DNA from: Sphyrna mokarran
Lineage: Eukaryota
Assembly: GCA_024679065.1 (NCBI GenBank)
Contig: JAGIQG010000009.1
Coordinates: 53,506,001 to 53,570,000 of the forward strand
Direction of reading: 5' to 3'
DNA length: 64,000 bases
The position numbers and the translations under genes are program-made. Below, one piece after another: positions 1-13,200 of the stretch; the first letter of the stretch is position 1, and each line of letters starts with the position of its first letter. Under the pieces are notes generated by a model. That model was not told the DNA's origin. It was given only the letters and a program-made list of their open reading frames with translations, and did not search any database.

Positions 1-1398
1 GAGGATGGCAGCAGCAAGGAGTCGGCATGCAGTCTCTGGAGGCAGGTAATGTTGACGCAGCTTGGAGGGGTGTGCTGGCTTGTTTGTTTGACATCTTTAT
101 TACATTGTAATAATCTGATTTTGAAGAGTTATTTTCAATGCTTTATGTTTTTACACAAGATTAAAAGGATAATAATGACCATCTTTTGCCATTAATATTA
201 TTAATGATTATGATTGATTGCCAGCTTTATGGGAATGTTAAAGGGCAATGTATTTCAAAAGAATTATTGAATGGCTGTTTTTCTTTGGTTGCTGTCTCAG
301 GAATAGTGTTCATTCATAGATGACAACTCCGCTAAGATGCTATGAACTACCTCTAACAGAATGGGTCCAATTTTGGCATAATTGTGGGAACATCTGAAAT
401 GTCTATCCTTGCAATGGATTAGGAATGCTGGGAGTGCTGTTTGCAAATTCCCTACCCACACCCTTAAGTACATGTTTCCAGAAACAGGGATAGATCGTGA
501 AGCCCAGAATCAGGTCCTGCCCACACTTACTAAAGGCCTCTCAAATCAGCCCGATTCCACCAATATTGAAGCCAAAGTAAGGACTGGTTTGCTCTTCTTC
601 TAGCTGTGTAGCCTGATGACACAATACTCATACTTGACAAATGAATTCACTTTGCCAATTCCATTGTGAGTTATAGCTTTCCATAGCAGAACAAATTATT
701 AATGCAGTAAGTTTTTTTTAAAACGATTACTGCGAATGCATATCATCTTTGGAAGTGTATACTCAAAGAAAATTACAGCACAGGAACAGGCCTTTCAGCC
801 CTCTATGCCTGCACCAACCATGTGCCTGACAGAACTAAAACCCCCTACTTTTCTGGGAACCATATCCTTCTATTCTCATCCTATTCCTGTATTTGTCAAG
901 ATGCCCTTAAAAGTCACATTTTTTTAATGTACCTATGATTTCTGCAGCCTTCCCTTACACATGGCCAAGATTGTATAACTGCTGCACGGAGATGCTGCCA
1001 GCCATAGCAAAGCAGAAGTGAATTGGGAAGGCACTGGTTATTGTTGGTTTTTATCAGCTAGCAGTGAATTTTGTACACAGGATAAATGTACAATCAGTCA
1101 GTAATTACAGCAAAGCTGCTTTAGTAAATTAAACACTTCTGTGTACTGCACAGATTGGTGGTTTAGTTGCCTGGGATGCAAATTTCAACATGCAATATAA
1201 ACCAGAATTATTTCTGATTACCCAATCACACTTTAAAGAACATAGCTTGATGTGCCTGTAGCTATTTTTAGCAAGGCATACCTAGAGAAATAGTGGAGTT
1301 TTTTTTATGGTTCCTTTTTATGCAAATTACCCAGCCTAGTAAAGACACCTCTGATGTAGAGAAGGGTACATCCTAGACCCAGGCTGCTAACTGCCATT

Positions 1399-1689
1399 GG
1401 GGCATAGTGGCAAGCGGTTAATACTCAGGTTCGAATCCTGGTTTGGGTCACTATCTGTATAGAGTTTGCATGTTCTCCCCGTGTCTGCGTGGGGTGTTCC
1501 AGTTTCCCCCCTCAATCCAAAGATGTGCGGGTTAGGTGGACTGGCCATGCTAAATTGTCCCTTAGTGTTAGGGGAATTAGCTAAGGTAAATGCATGGGGT
1601 TATGGGGGTGGAGCCTGGGTGGGATTGTGGTCGGTGCAGACTCAATGGATGAATGGCCTCCTGCACTGTAGGATTCTAGTATTCTGTGA
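1399..1689 (+). mobile_element. HE1-like V-SINE (CR1-type tail)
   Basis: tRNA-like head (GGTTCGAATCC B box), V-domain GAGTTTGCATGTTCTCCCCGTGTCTGCGTGGG, tail AATGGCCTCC..GCACTGTAGGATTCT. Confidence 0.85.
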
Positions 1690-1950
1690 CGTTGACTGCC
1701 AAGTGGCAGTACAAGAAGAAGAAATCATAAGAGCAAAGAAAAGGTCGGCCCTGCTTGATGTGGGAAATGAGCAGAATCAATGGACCTTCATTTCTTTCTC
1801 TGTTTTCAGTGTTTGGTCAACTGTCTCTTTTGCTGTACTTCGCAGTGTGAGGGATCGCTAATGTAACATTTATTGGGAACTCCAAATAATTATTAATGAT
1901 ACCCATGGACCAAGACAGGGTACAAGAATAGAGATCCAACTACAACTTCA

Positions 1951-2478
1951 GGGGCAGCACAGTGGCTAGCACTGATGCCTCAGCACCAGGGACCCGGGTT
2001 CAGTTCCCTGGGTTATTATCTGTGTGGAGTTTGCATATTCTCTCCGTGTCTACATGTGTTTCCTCCTGGTGTTCCGGTTTGCTTCCACAGTCTGGAAGAC
2101 ATGTTGGTTGTTTCCTCAGAAGGAACTCTTCAAAATGCAGCTAATGAAAATACAACAAAACTTACTCCAAACTTGGGGGCCACACCCTGGGCCATTCCAA
2201 ACTTCCCACAATTCTACGTAATTGCTTATTTATAATGAATCAGTTGGTCAGCTGTCTATTATACCACTCTGTGATTGGTTCCATGTTTTCCTAAATTAGC
2301 TGACCCTTACGTCTTATTCCCATTGGTCACATTACATCCAATACAAAGTTGTCACTGGTTACATTCTAACATTGGTTAGGTGCATTGACCCGAACAGGTG
2401 CCTTAGTGTGGGGAATTTCACAGTAACTTCATTGCAGTGGTAATGTAAGCCTTACTTGTGACTAATAAATAAACTTTA
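1951..2478 (+). mobile_element. V-SINE, alternative-tail subfamily, split by a solo LTR
   Basis: Head and V-domain at 1951-2108, resuming at 2372 with tail TTTCACAGTAACTTCATTGCAGTG..GTGACTAATAAATAAACTTT. Confidence 0.85.
2109..2371 (-). mobile_element. Solo LTR (263 bp) inserted in a SINE
   Basis: TGTT...AACA termini and 5-bp TSD TTGGT (2104-2108, 2372-2376). The uninterrupted SINE copy near 53770 has a single TTGGT. The minus strand carries two CCAAT boxes and TATAAA. Confidence 0.8.
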
Positions 2479-5400
2479 TTTTTACTTATATCATCTCCGC
2501 GTACGTAAAATAGAATGCTGTCTGTGTAGCTGACGATAACATGATGGTCATGACTTTGAATTCTGTTCAGCAAAACTAAATGTTTTGGATCTGCCTAACC
2601 AAAATAAAGATGCATATTCTATCTTAATTTAATTTTATGAATGGAATATTACGAGTGTAATTATAGAATGATACTTGTATCTCTGCTATTTACACTACCA
2701 ATAATTTAAACAAGATGCTAAGAGGCTGCTTTCCCTTATTGGAGAATCTGGAACTAGGAAGTAAGATAAAAGAGTCAGCCATTTTGGGCTGAGATGAGAA
2801 GTCATTTTTTTCAGACATAAGGTTTTGAATCTTTGGAAAAATAGATTTCTGGACACCAAGAGAATTGAAACATTAATAAAATACTTTTTTAAGTAGAGTC
2901 AGTTGTATGAAATAAGACCACTGATTTTTGTAAGCAGTCTCCCACAACAAAAATGATAATGACCAGATGATCTGTGATATTGAATGAAGGATAAATATTG
3001 CCCCTGCACTTTTTAAAAATATTATTATGGGATTTTCTACATCCACCTGAAAGCTTGTACATCTTCAACAGAAGCACCATATTTCATTTTTGTGCTCGTA
3101 TTCTGGACTGAGATTTGAACTTTATGACTCCAAAGTGGGAATGTTACCAACTTAACCATGTAACAGCCAAAACTTACTGAATGTTGGTGTAACAGACTTG
3201 AGGGGTAGTATGACCTATTCCTGTACCTATTTCTCATGTTTTTTGTAATAAATGTATAGATAATAAGTAAGGAGTTAATGGGTCATGGCTTCTTAGCTCC
3301 CAGACATCATATTTGGGGTTATCTTGGGAATCTCTCTTAGACTAATTGTGTTGGGCTCAGAATCATTAGAGAAATCAATTTAAATATCTAACTACTGGAC
3401 AGTTCTGTTTGTTTTATCTTCACAGATAGCCTGAATCATAAATATGAGTAACTATTTTAAAGAGCCAATCCAACCGCTACCCCCCAACATCTCTCAGATC
3501 CAACTTATCTGATCTGGCTTGCCTGCCCCATTCATTTACTTTTGAAGTTTACCTTCTTACTTTCAAAGGTCCCTTTAAACTAACCATGTACCCCATTGCT
3601 GCACTCCATTTATATCTCACTCAAACAGCCAGGGACGTACTTCACTTTTTTGTCTCATCTGGCTTGAGTGAGGAAGTTGAGTGAAAAGGGGACTTTGGAA
3701 TTACAGCAATCTGCCAGTGATTTCTTCTCCCAGGAATTTACAGGCCCATGTCAATATAAGGTTCCAGGTGGAGACTAGCTCTTTTGACAACATCTCAGTT
3801 ATTTGTGGAACTAAAAGTCAACTCCAGCAGTTCTAGTGCACCATCTATTTTGCCACAGAATTTGACGAGTGATTGGGTAATATGGCTGGTTTGCTTTCAC
3901 ATAATGCCATATTTTTTGCAAGACTGTCCATCTCTTATTGGGTTCAAAATCCTGATTTCAATCTGAAGGCCTGCTTTATCACTTCATTGTTACAGTATAC
4001 AGGACAATAGATAATGGACCACTTTCATAGCTGGCATTTAATATACAATAATAGATAAGATTGACTTCAAGATGCTTCTTTGAGACCCATTGGCATTGAT
4101 ACCTTAGGTGTGAACCTTTCATGCCAATTCCAATGAGATGATTTTACAATCTGCTATATAATTTGTCAGCATATGGTATTAACTTAGCCATCTAACTTTC
4201 ATGTAGTTGCTAGAGATGCCCAACTTATATCTCATGAACTGCATGCAGCTCCCCTTTGGCTGAAGTGCAGTCTTGTGAGTACTTCAAGGTTGTTACGTCA
4301 ATAAACATAAATCAGCTATAAAAGTGGAAGACATGATTAATCAGAAGAAATCATGCAATATTTTCCCTTTTAACTCTGCTTACCCTCTCTTGCCTTCTGT
4401 CTGTGTCTCTATATATATCTATCTATAAATATATAATAAATGTTGTACATAGTTTCTGTAAAACTGATGTCAACAGTTGCAATGAAATCTGTCTGTACCT
4501 TACATAATGGGGAAATTAAGTTAAACATGTTAACATTTTATAATAGAAAAATCTTTTGCATCATGTTTATTGATAAACCAATCCAATCAGTGAAAGCACT
4601 TCTTTAAGAAGCCACTTTTTTCTGAGTAGCTAATAATTCTAATATTGTATCCAAAATAAAGCTTCAAATAAAAATGCACACTTTTTACAATATTATGCAT
4701 AAATTTATTGATTGAATTGTTCTTTATGCTCGAACAGATTGTCCTTGAAGGCCTTGACCTCACTCAAACTGGGCTCAGGCTTGTTATTCTTGCCCAAAAC
4801 TGAGATTCCTTGAGCTGGGCTCAAACTCTGCAGTCTAAATGTCTGCAGTCTGCAGAAGGATGTTTCACTAAAAGGAAATGGTGAAATGCTTCCCTCATAG
4901 TCTGTGATAAAATTTTTGTGATTGTTTCTCCAAATTGTTTGAAGAAAAGATGAGGAACATGTATCAAAATCTTTGTTAAGATAAAATTTGTGCTAGTAAA
5001 TAGTAAGCAGTTGCCCAGTTTAGCAAGGAAGGTTTTCTTCATGGCAAGTTCTTGCATGCTGGTGCCAATGAATAATTAAAGAATTTAACTCCTCTTTGGC
5101 CAAAGGATATCCTGGAGTTACCCTACCCTATTGTTGCTGTTTAAATTTATTACATTCTTCCCCAGCTCCCAACTCTGTGTAGTTTGGTGGGTTTAGCATC
5201 AGTGATCTCAGGTGAATATGCCTAAACAATTTCAGAGTCTACACTTTTCAAAATAACGTTAGGTAAATCTATTTAATTTACTCTTATTTCTTTGATGATA
5301 TGTTGTAGTTCAAGTACTCAGTCTTAGTCCCCAAAGGTTTAGGATGAGATTTGATATTTTTATTCAGTGCTGTGATTATGTTTTTGAAAAATGCAGGTGC

Positions 5401-5603
5401 TGCAGTCTAAACAGTGTTCAAGATGACTAATTGCTCAGGATACATTAGTACTATTTATTTAGCTCATCTGAAAAGGTTCAAGCAGTTGATTAAATTACTT
5501 AAAGACATCTAATGAACACATTTTAAAAGCTTTATTTATCTAAGAACTACATTATGTTCTGTAAAATTAATTGGACATTGTGATGGCTGTGCTGAATTTT
5601 TAA

Positions 5604-6350
5604 TAGAACATAGAACAGTACAGTACAGCCCTTCGGCCCTTGATGTTGTGCCGAGCTATGTCCGAACCTAAGATCAAGCTATCCCACTCCGTGTTATTCT
5701 GGTGTGCTCCATGTTCTATCTAATAACTGCTTGAAAGTTCCTAAAGTGTCCAACTCCATTATCACAGCAAGTAGTGATAATTCCATACCTCAACTACTCT
5801 CTGAGTAAAGAACCTACTTCAGACACTCCTCCTATATTTCCTATCATGAATCTAAGAGTTATATCCCTAATAACAGCTACACCCACCCAAGGAAATAATC
5901 TCTCAATGTCTACTCTATCTATCCCCCTCATCATCTTATAAACTTCTATAAAGTCGCCTCTCATTCTCCTCTGCTGTAAAGAGAAAAGCCCCAGCTCCCT
6001 CAACCTTTCCTCATAAGACCTACCCTCCGAGACACACCCTGGTAAATCTTTTCTGCATGCTCTCCAATGCTTCCACATCCTTCTTATAGTGAGGTGACCA
6101 GAACTGCACACAATATTCCAAATATGGTCTCACCAAGGTCCTGTATGGTTGTAGCATAACCGTACTGCTCTTAAACTCAAACCCCCTGTTAATAAACGCT
6201 AATACGCTATAAGCCTTCTTCACAGCTCTATCCACTTGAGTGGCAACCTTAAGAGATCTGTGGATATGAACCTCAAGATCTCGTTTCTCCACTCCTCAGA
6301 ATCCTGCCGTTGACCCTATAATCCACATTCAAGTTTGTTCTACCAAAATG
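5604..6350 (-). mobile_element. CR1-type LINE 3' fragment
   Basis: ORFs 6020-6292 and 5794-6111 give the CR1 ORF2 C-terminus ([42 protein letters not shown]), frameshifted. TTCTATG-type tail. Confidence 0.9.
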
Positions 6351-6694
6351 AATCAAGGTTTATTATAAAAATAAAGGTTTATTATAAATATATTGAAGAG
6401 AGTAACTTGCTGCAAATATTTAACTTTGCATGTAGACTTGTGTTGTTTCATCTTTACATGTAGCAGGGGTTAAAACTATATGTGCTTTCTGTGCAATTCC
6501 ATATGATGAATTAACATTGAACATGTTTGTAAGATAAAGCAGAGTTACAGATTGGGGTTTGGGTGGTGGGGGAGGTATAATTAGACCATAAACGCAACAT
6601 ACAGAGAATAAATGTTGAAAAAATATTTTGAAGTAAATGAACTTCAAACATAAATGGTTGAATAAAAGCTTTAGCATCCGTCTCAAGGATCTCT

Positions 6695-7580
6695 GTCTCT
6701 GGTGTTCCTCCGGGATCAGTATCGGGTTCTTTGCTGTTTGTAATATATATATATGTATAATATATATGATTTTGAGAAAAATGTAACTGGATAGGTTAGT
6801 AAATTTACGGACAATTCAAACGATGGTGGATTTGCGAATAATGATGAGGACCATCAGAGATACAGCAGGATATAGATCAGCTGGAGACTTGGGCAAAGAG
6901 ATGGCAGATGGAGTTTAATCCAGACAAATGTGAGATAATGCATTTTGTAAGATCTAATACAGATAGGAAATATACAGTAAATGGCAGAACCCTTAAGAGT
7001 ATTGATAGGCAAAGGGATCTCAGTGTACAGGTACACAGGTCACTGAAAGTGATAATGCATGTGGAGAAGTAGTCAAGAAAGCATACAGCATGCTTGCTTT
7101 CATTGACTGGAGTATTGAGTTTAAAATTTGGCAAATCATGTTACAGCTTTTTAGAACCTTTGTTAGGCCGCACATGGAATATAGTATTCAATTTTGGTCA
7201 CCACACTACCAGAAGGATGTGGAGACTTTGGAGAGAGTACAGAAAAGATTTATCAGGATGTTGCCTGATATGGCATTAATTATGAGGAGAGGTTGGAAAA
7301 ACTTGGTGTGTTCTCACTGGATTGATGGAGGTTGAAGGGCAATCTGATAGAAGTCTACAAGATTATGAGAGGCATGGACAGAATGGATAGTCAGAAGCTT
7401 TTTCCCAGGGTGGAAGAGTCAATTATTAGGAGGCATAAGTTTAAGGTGTGAGAGTTTATAGGAGATGTATGAGGCATATTTTTTATACGTAGTGAGTGCC
7501 TGGAATCCATTGCTGGGGGAGGTAGTGGAAGCAGATACTGTAGTGACTTTTAAGGAGTGTCTTGACAAGTACATGAATAG
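6695..7580 (+). mobile_element. CR1-type LINE RT/3' fragment
   Basis: Degenerate SGVPQGSVLGP motif near 6700 and FVRPHMEYSIQFWSPHYQKDVETLERVQKRF. Contains stops and frameshifts. Confidence 0.9.
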
Positions 7581-7711
7581 TTTGCCTATCCATACTCTTT
7601 TCCATCTACTTTTTGTTGCATAGAAAATAACTCCAATTCAATGATTTATGAAGCAGAGCTGCTAGAAGATAATTTAGTCTTGTCAAGAATTAAATGCCCT
7701 GGGCTTAATTT

Positions 7712-7812
7712 GAACACAGTAAGAAATCTTACAACACCAGGTTAAAGTCCAACAGGTTATTTGGTAGCAAAAGCCATTAGCTTTCGGCCTCTGACCCTTC
7801 ATCAGATGAATG
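7712..7812 (-). mobile_element. Penelope-like element terminus with hammerhead motif
   Basis: Shares ACAACACCAGGTTAAAGTCCAACAGG with the other copies. Minus strand reads CTGATGA-AGGGTCAGAGGCC-GAAAGCTA. Confidence 0.7.
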
Positions 7813-8499
7813 CAGAGTTCCATGAAGGAAAAGATTATTAGGGGTAACAGGATGGCTGAAAGCTTGGTCAAAAGTGAAGCAATCATGAGCATTCAAAACT
7901 TAGTCACAAAAAATGCTGTAGAAAAAAATACTGAGAGAGTAGCCTAGGTTTTTTTCTTCCAGCTTTGATAGGGAAAACTCACTCCACTGTGAGCTGAGTG
8001 GTTAATTGGCTAACTGGCTGGATGTGATTTCTCTAACTCCAATTTAGTACAAATTCAGAGCACTTTAATGCAGCTAAGGCAAATAAGTGCAGTTTTGGAA
8101 TTGAGTGTATATCTCAGAGTTTGGTACAGGAGAGAGTTCAGTGAAGGGGCTGGGGGTAGGAAGTGTTCCTTTTTTTTCTTCCTCCTTCAATCTGCAGAAT
8201 TGCTTATTTTGCCATTGGGAAAGGAGATAGCTGTAAGGTGAATATCTGGTGAGTGTTAAGATCTGTTCTAGGTTTAAAATAGAATGTAACCAAGTAATGA
8301 AATATATAAAAATGCAAAATAAATAAGCAAATAATATAACTAATTAAAATGCACTAAGGAAGGCAGGACAGACAATGTCAATGTTGTAAAGCATGTAAAA
8401 ACTCCTGGATGCCAGTGTGATCCATAGCAAACATGTCTACAGTATGTGTTTGTGATTTGAAGAGCTTCAGCAAATAGAAATAAATAAGCCTGACCTGAT

Positions 8500-10400
8500 A
8501 GCCGTGGTTTCAGGATGAGATGCATAGGGACTGGAATATTGAAGGGTATGTAATATTTAGGAAGGGCAGGAAGCTAGGAAAAGGTAGAAGGATGGCTCTG
8601 TTAATTAATGATAGTGTTCAGACATTGGAGAATGATGACCTAAGTTCAGGAAACCAAGGTGTAGAAGTGGCTCTATTGAATCATAGAATCCTACAGTGCA
8701 GGAAGAGGCCATTTGGCCCATAAGTCTGCATCCACCATAATCCCATCCAGGCCCTATCCCCATAATCGTATGCATTTACTGTAGGTAGTCCCCGGGACAA
8801 TTTAGCATAGCCAATCCACCCAATGTGTACATCTCCAAAGTATGGGAGGAAGCCGGAGCACCTAGAGGAAACCCATGCAGACAATGCAAACTCCGCACAG
8901 ACAATGATCAAAGCTGGGAATCAAACCTGAGCCTCTGGCAACCTGAGACAGCAGCACCAATGACCGTGTCATTGTGCCACCCCAACTCTGTAATAGATCT
9001 CCTGTGGAATCTAATAGGGATGGGCTGGTCTCACAGTCCATGGAAATTCATGGGCTTGGGAAGAGATAAGAAATTATAAAGGCAAGTCATTTGTAAGAGT
9101 GATTTCCAGGCCCTCTAACCATGTGGTAGGATGAAGTGTAGTGGAGAAAAGTAATGGGAGATTTTCAGAAATGTATGGTGATAATCTCAGGGATTTTAAA
9201 CCGCATTTTGATAGGGAAAATTAGATGGGCAAAGGTAGCTTAAATGAGGAATTCATAGAATGCTTTCTGAATAGTTTCTTAGAACAGCACATTCAGGCAA
9301 CAATTAAGGATTTGGCTAAACAGGACCTGATATTCTGCAATAAGGATTAATTAATGGCTCAATCATAATATAATTCAACTTTACATTCAGTTTGAAGATG
9401 AGAAGAGTGGATGCAAGACTAGTATTTTAAATATAAACATAGACATGAAAGCAGGGTAACTAAAATGAGCTGGCAAATTAGGTTAAGGCTTAGGTCAGCA
9501 GAGATGCTGTGGCAGACATTTAAAGGAATATTTCGGAATACATACATTCCAACAAGAAAAATGAACACCAAGGGGAGGTAACTACAAAAAGATATAGAGT
9601 AAATGAGTGGGAAAGAATCTGGCAAATGAAGTATATTGTAGAAAATGTGCAACTGTCCATTTTAGCAGAACAAAGAAGCATATTATCTAAATGGTGAGGT
9701 AGCGCTGAATGCTGAGGTGCAGAGATTTGGGTGTTTCAGTGTATGAATCACAAATGTTAGTCTGCATGTACAGCAAATAGTTAGAAGAATTAATGTGATG
9801 TTGCTATTTATTGTGGCAGGCATTAATTACAAAGCAGAGAATTATGTTTCACTTCTACAGGGCAATGGTGAGGCTACATCTGGAGTATTGCATTAAGAAT
9901 AGATCTCTTTATTTAAATAAGGATCTAAATGCATTGGAAGCAGTTCAGCGGTTTACTAAACTAATAACTGAAATGGGAGGGTTGTTTTATGAGGAGAGGT
10001 GAAAAGGCTAAGCTTATATCCAATAAAGTTTAGAAGGGTAAGAGGTGACTTGATTGATCCTAAGAGGTCTTAATAGGGCACATGTGAAAAGGATGCTTCA
10101 CCTTTTGGGAAAAGCTAAGAGGTCACTTCTTAAATTTTAAGAGATTGTCTGTTTGGACAGAGATGTGGAGTTTTTTTAATTTCTGGGAGTTGAGAGTCTT
10201 CAATCCTCTCCTGCTGGAAGTGAAGGTTTACAATATTTTTAAAGCAGACATAAATTCTTGATAAGCAAGGAGATTATTGGGGAGGGTATGTGGATTTGAG
10301 GTTACAATCAGATCAGCCATTATATAACTGAATGACAGAACAAACTTAAAGATCCTATTGGTCTACTCCTGCTCCGAATTTGCATGTTTGTTTGTATGTT
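8500..10400 (+). mobile_element. Degraded CR1-type LINE (EN to 3' end), interrupted by a SINE
   Basis: WNIEGYVIFRK..GKG endonuclease-region motif at 8520, FYRAMVRLHLEYC at 9811-10002, and a CR1 3' UTR with CTACTCCTGCTCC. Confidence 0.75.
8678..8983 (-). mobile_element. HE1-like V-SINE
   Basis: Reverse complement of head, V-domain and CR1-type tail (GAATCATAGAATCCTACAGTGCAG). Confidence 0.85.
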
Positions 10401-11214
10401 GAGAATTTTAAAATCAAAATTTAGCTTGACTGGGAGCCAATTTGGATTAGTGAGCATGGGTGATGGAGCAAGTCTTGTTCCTCTATGTCAAGACATGCAG
10501 CAAAGTTTTGCATGATCTCAAGTTAAGTGTGTGTCAAATGTGGGAGACAGCCAGGAGTGCATAAGTTTGAAAGCTCATTTTGGGATCATTTGGGACATCA
10601 AGGTTGTGAACAAACTGATTTAATCTCAAACCATTACTAAAAGTTGGTAGCTAGGGAAAATATGGGAATGGGGACTGAAAACAATGCCTTCAGTCTTCCC
10701 AGTAACGAACAGAAATTTTCTGACTATCTAGTTTTGAATGTTAAATAAGCGGTCTGATAATGTAACACGTGGAGGAGTCAACAGAGCCCCTGATGAGTTG
10801 GGTATCATCATCGTAAGTGTGAAAACTAACACTATACCTTTAGGTAATGTTGCTGAGGGGCAACATTAGTTTAGAAATAGAAGGGGAGGGGCAAATACAA
10901 ATTCTCAGGACACCACAAGGTAATGGTGTAGAAACAGAAAAAGTCATTGCAAGTGATTTTCTGGCTCTGGTCTGGTAAAAATGGAACCAGGTGAAGCAAT
11001 CCCATTCAGCTGGATAAAAGCAGAGAAGTGTTGGAGGAAGATAGGGTGCTCAACTGTGTCAGACTGCAGATAAATTGTGAAGCAAGAGATGAGAAACTGT
11101 GCACAATCGTTAAGGTTGCTATAGTCTCCATGCCTATCCATGGATTGTAGGGCTGGATGAGTTCCACACCAGTTTTCCCTCACGTTGGTTTGAATAGGGG
11201 ATGCTGAGTCTTCC

Positions 11215-11492
11215 TTAGAAGCTCACCACAGATGGTGAAATTTGAATTCAATAAAAGAATATCTGGAATTAAGAATCTATTGCTGATCATGAAACCATTG
11301 TCAATTATCGGTTCACTAATGTTTTTTAGGGAAGGAAAGCTGCCATCCTTACGTGGCCTGGCCTACATGTGACTCCAGAGCCACAGCAATGTGCTTGACT
11401 CTCACTTGCTCTTTGAACAAGGGCATCTAGGAATGGGCAATAAATACTGGACAGCCAGCGATGCCATGTCCCACTTATGAATAAAAATAAAA
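11215..11492 (+). mobile_element. Second SINE family (family B) with LINE-derived tail
   Basis: Core GGTTCACTAATG..TTTAGGGAAGGAAA..CCTACATGTGACTCCAG is shared with other copies at about 24.7, 27.6 and 40.4 kb. Tail ATGGGCAATAAAT.CTGG..AGCCAGCGATGCC plus A-rich end. Confidence 0.75.
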
Positions 11493-12239
11493 TCAACACT
11501 TTTCCATGGAATTCCACTGATCCTCCACTTCCTAAATCAACAGCAATTCCCTTGGAGCATCTCCAGTTGAAAACATTGACATCTGTTTTCTATTCACTTA
11601 GAAGCTTTTGTCCCTCACTGATAAGAATCGTAATATTTTAAATTTCAGAGGGTAACTGTATATTTTTAATCTTCATTTTAAAAGCTATTATGGATTCTGG
11701 CACTCTAGTTTCTAGTAAGACATTCCATATCCTAAGAGCTTTCTTTGTAATAAATCTCAAACTTATGATTCATAAGCCAAATAAAAATAGGTGCCTCCAT
11801 TTACATGATTTTCTTTTTTTTAAACATTGAATACTTCTGCTTTCTGTTCCAATGAAATGAGTCCTAGTTTCTCTTGCCTTCATAAAAAAGCCGTAAATTC
11901 CATCTCTACCGAGCTTTTCCTATTATTTCTACAGAAGGCACATTTCCCAAAACACATCAGATTTCTATTACCAGTATTGCTCTGAATCAGTTATTCTTAG
12001 ATGGGATAATTGCTTTGGGTGGACTTTCCTTCCCTTAAGCGGTGAAGTACAGCACCAGCATTTGGTGTCTGCTTACACATAACAACTTGACAGACATCCT
12101 GGGAACTATGCTCCAGGAATTAATGCTCAGTAAATTTTAGATATGTACCAGAGGTCATTCTTTAATCCCCTCATAATCTCCAGATTGATGTGAGAACACA
12201 TTATCCTCTTCCTCGTTTCCAGCATTTTCTTGAAACACA

Positions 12240-12287
12240 ATAACAAAAAAAACTCAGACACATATTGCTGTAAGTTTCACTTTTATT
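12240..12287 (-). terminator. Candidate distal polyadenylation site of PDC
   Basis: Minus-strand AATAAA (plus TTTATT 12282-12287), followed about 20-45 nt downstream by a GU/U-rich tract (TGTGTCTGAGTTTTTTTTTGTTATTGTG). Alternative proximal AATAAA hexamers lie at 14112-14117 and 14131-14136. Confidence 0.35.
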
Positions 12288-13019
12288 GAATTACTGTTTG
12301 TATTCAGAAATCTTCAATATGGAAAAAAAATCATAACTTATTTCCTACAAAGTAATTTTGCAAAAATCATTGATGCAACACAAAGGTGAAAGTTGTGTGG
12401 AAATATTTACTGGGATAAACATTATAACAACATTGAATTATTTATGATAGCTATTTAGTATTATTTTTACACTATGTGGATGTCATTGTTGGGTCTAAGA
12501 GAATAGGTAAGTGCTAATTTAGATGACCTTCAGATTTCATCTGAAATGTTTCTTGATTATTTTACGCAGGCCTGGTCCATTTCTCAATCCTAATATACTT
12601 TTATTAAAGCCAAAATCTAGGTGCTATTACAGAAATAATAAAGCTTAATAAATAAATAATAAAGCTTAAACAATCATTTAGTATTCATACAGGTGCATTT
12701 TTACATTTTGTTTATAAAATATATTAAAGAAGGACACTGAGTAATAAAACTGGATTACTTATGGTTAATAGCTGCGATCTGCATATAGAAGTGGGGTGAG
12801 AGTGATGGGGCTGCAAAAAAGGGGAGAGCAGAGCAAAAACTATACTGAGATAACAGTGACTAATATAGTAAAGCTCCCAACAGCATTTTGTGCTTCTTTC
12901 CAAATTGAAAGAATTTTCCATTCACCATGTTCAAATTATTGTTGATGAGACAAGGAGGAAAATTTCTAAAGCTCCTGGAAATGGGCCTGTTTTAGTTTAT
13001 TTATTAGTGTCACATGTAA

Positions 13020-13200
13020 GCTTACAAACCTCTTCCCTCCCTGTTGGGGATCAGCCTACAACAGGTTACAGATTGCAGTGAAGCAGAGGTGCACATGTTC
13101 TACTTCACGCAGTTGAAGAAGAATTGCTTCCTGAAGACCCAGGGTGAATATGGTTTCCTCGTGAAAACCCTTCTCCCCCTTCAAGAAATTGTCATGTTCT
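13020..13200 (-). mobile_element. Highly decayed Harbinger transposase N-terminal remnant
   Basis: Minus-strand translation across frameshifts gives RKPYSPWVFRKQF...LCFT..ICNLL*ADPQ, resembling the N-terminus of HARBI1-like transposases. Recognised by eye only. Confidence 0.4.

Noticed and set aside
1-50. GC-rich start with a possible donor GCAG|GTAAT, perhaps an exon of a neighbouring plus-strand gene
   Set aside because: Only 45 nt are visible. No translation is recognisable and no convincing downstream exons were found.
2024-2221. ORF segment MQLMKIQQNL resembles the C-terminal region of ODR4, the mammalian neighbour of PDC
   Set aside because: It lies inside the TSD-bounded solo LTR within a SINE and lacks the following transmembrane segment, so it is a chance match.
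11990-12040. Possible plus-strand terminal exon (TTAG|ATGGGATAATTGCTTTGGGTGGA..TAA)
   Set aside because: Very short, unrecognised peptide with no supporting upstream exons.
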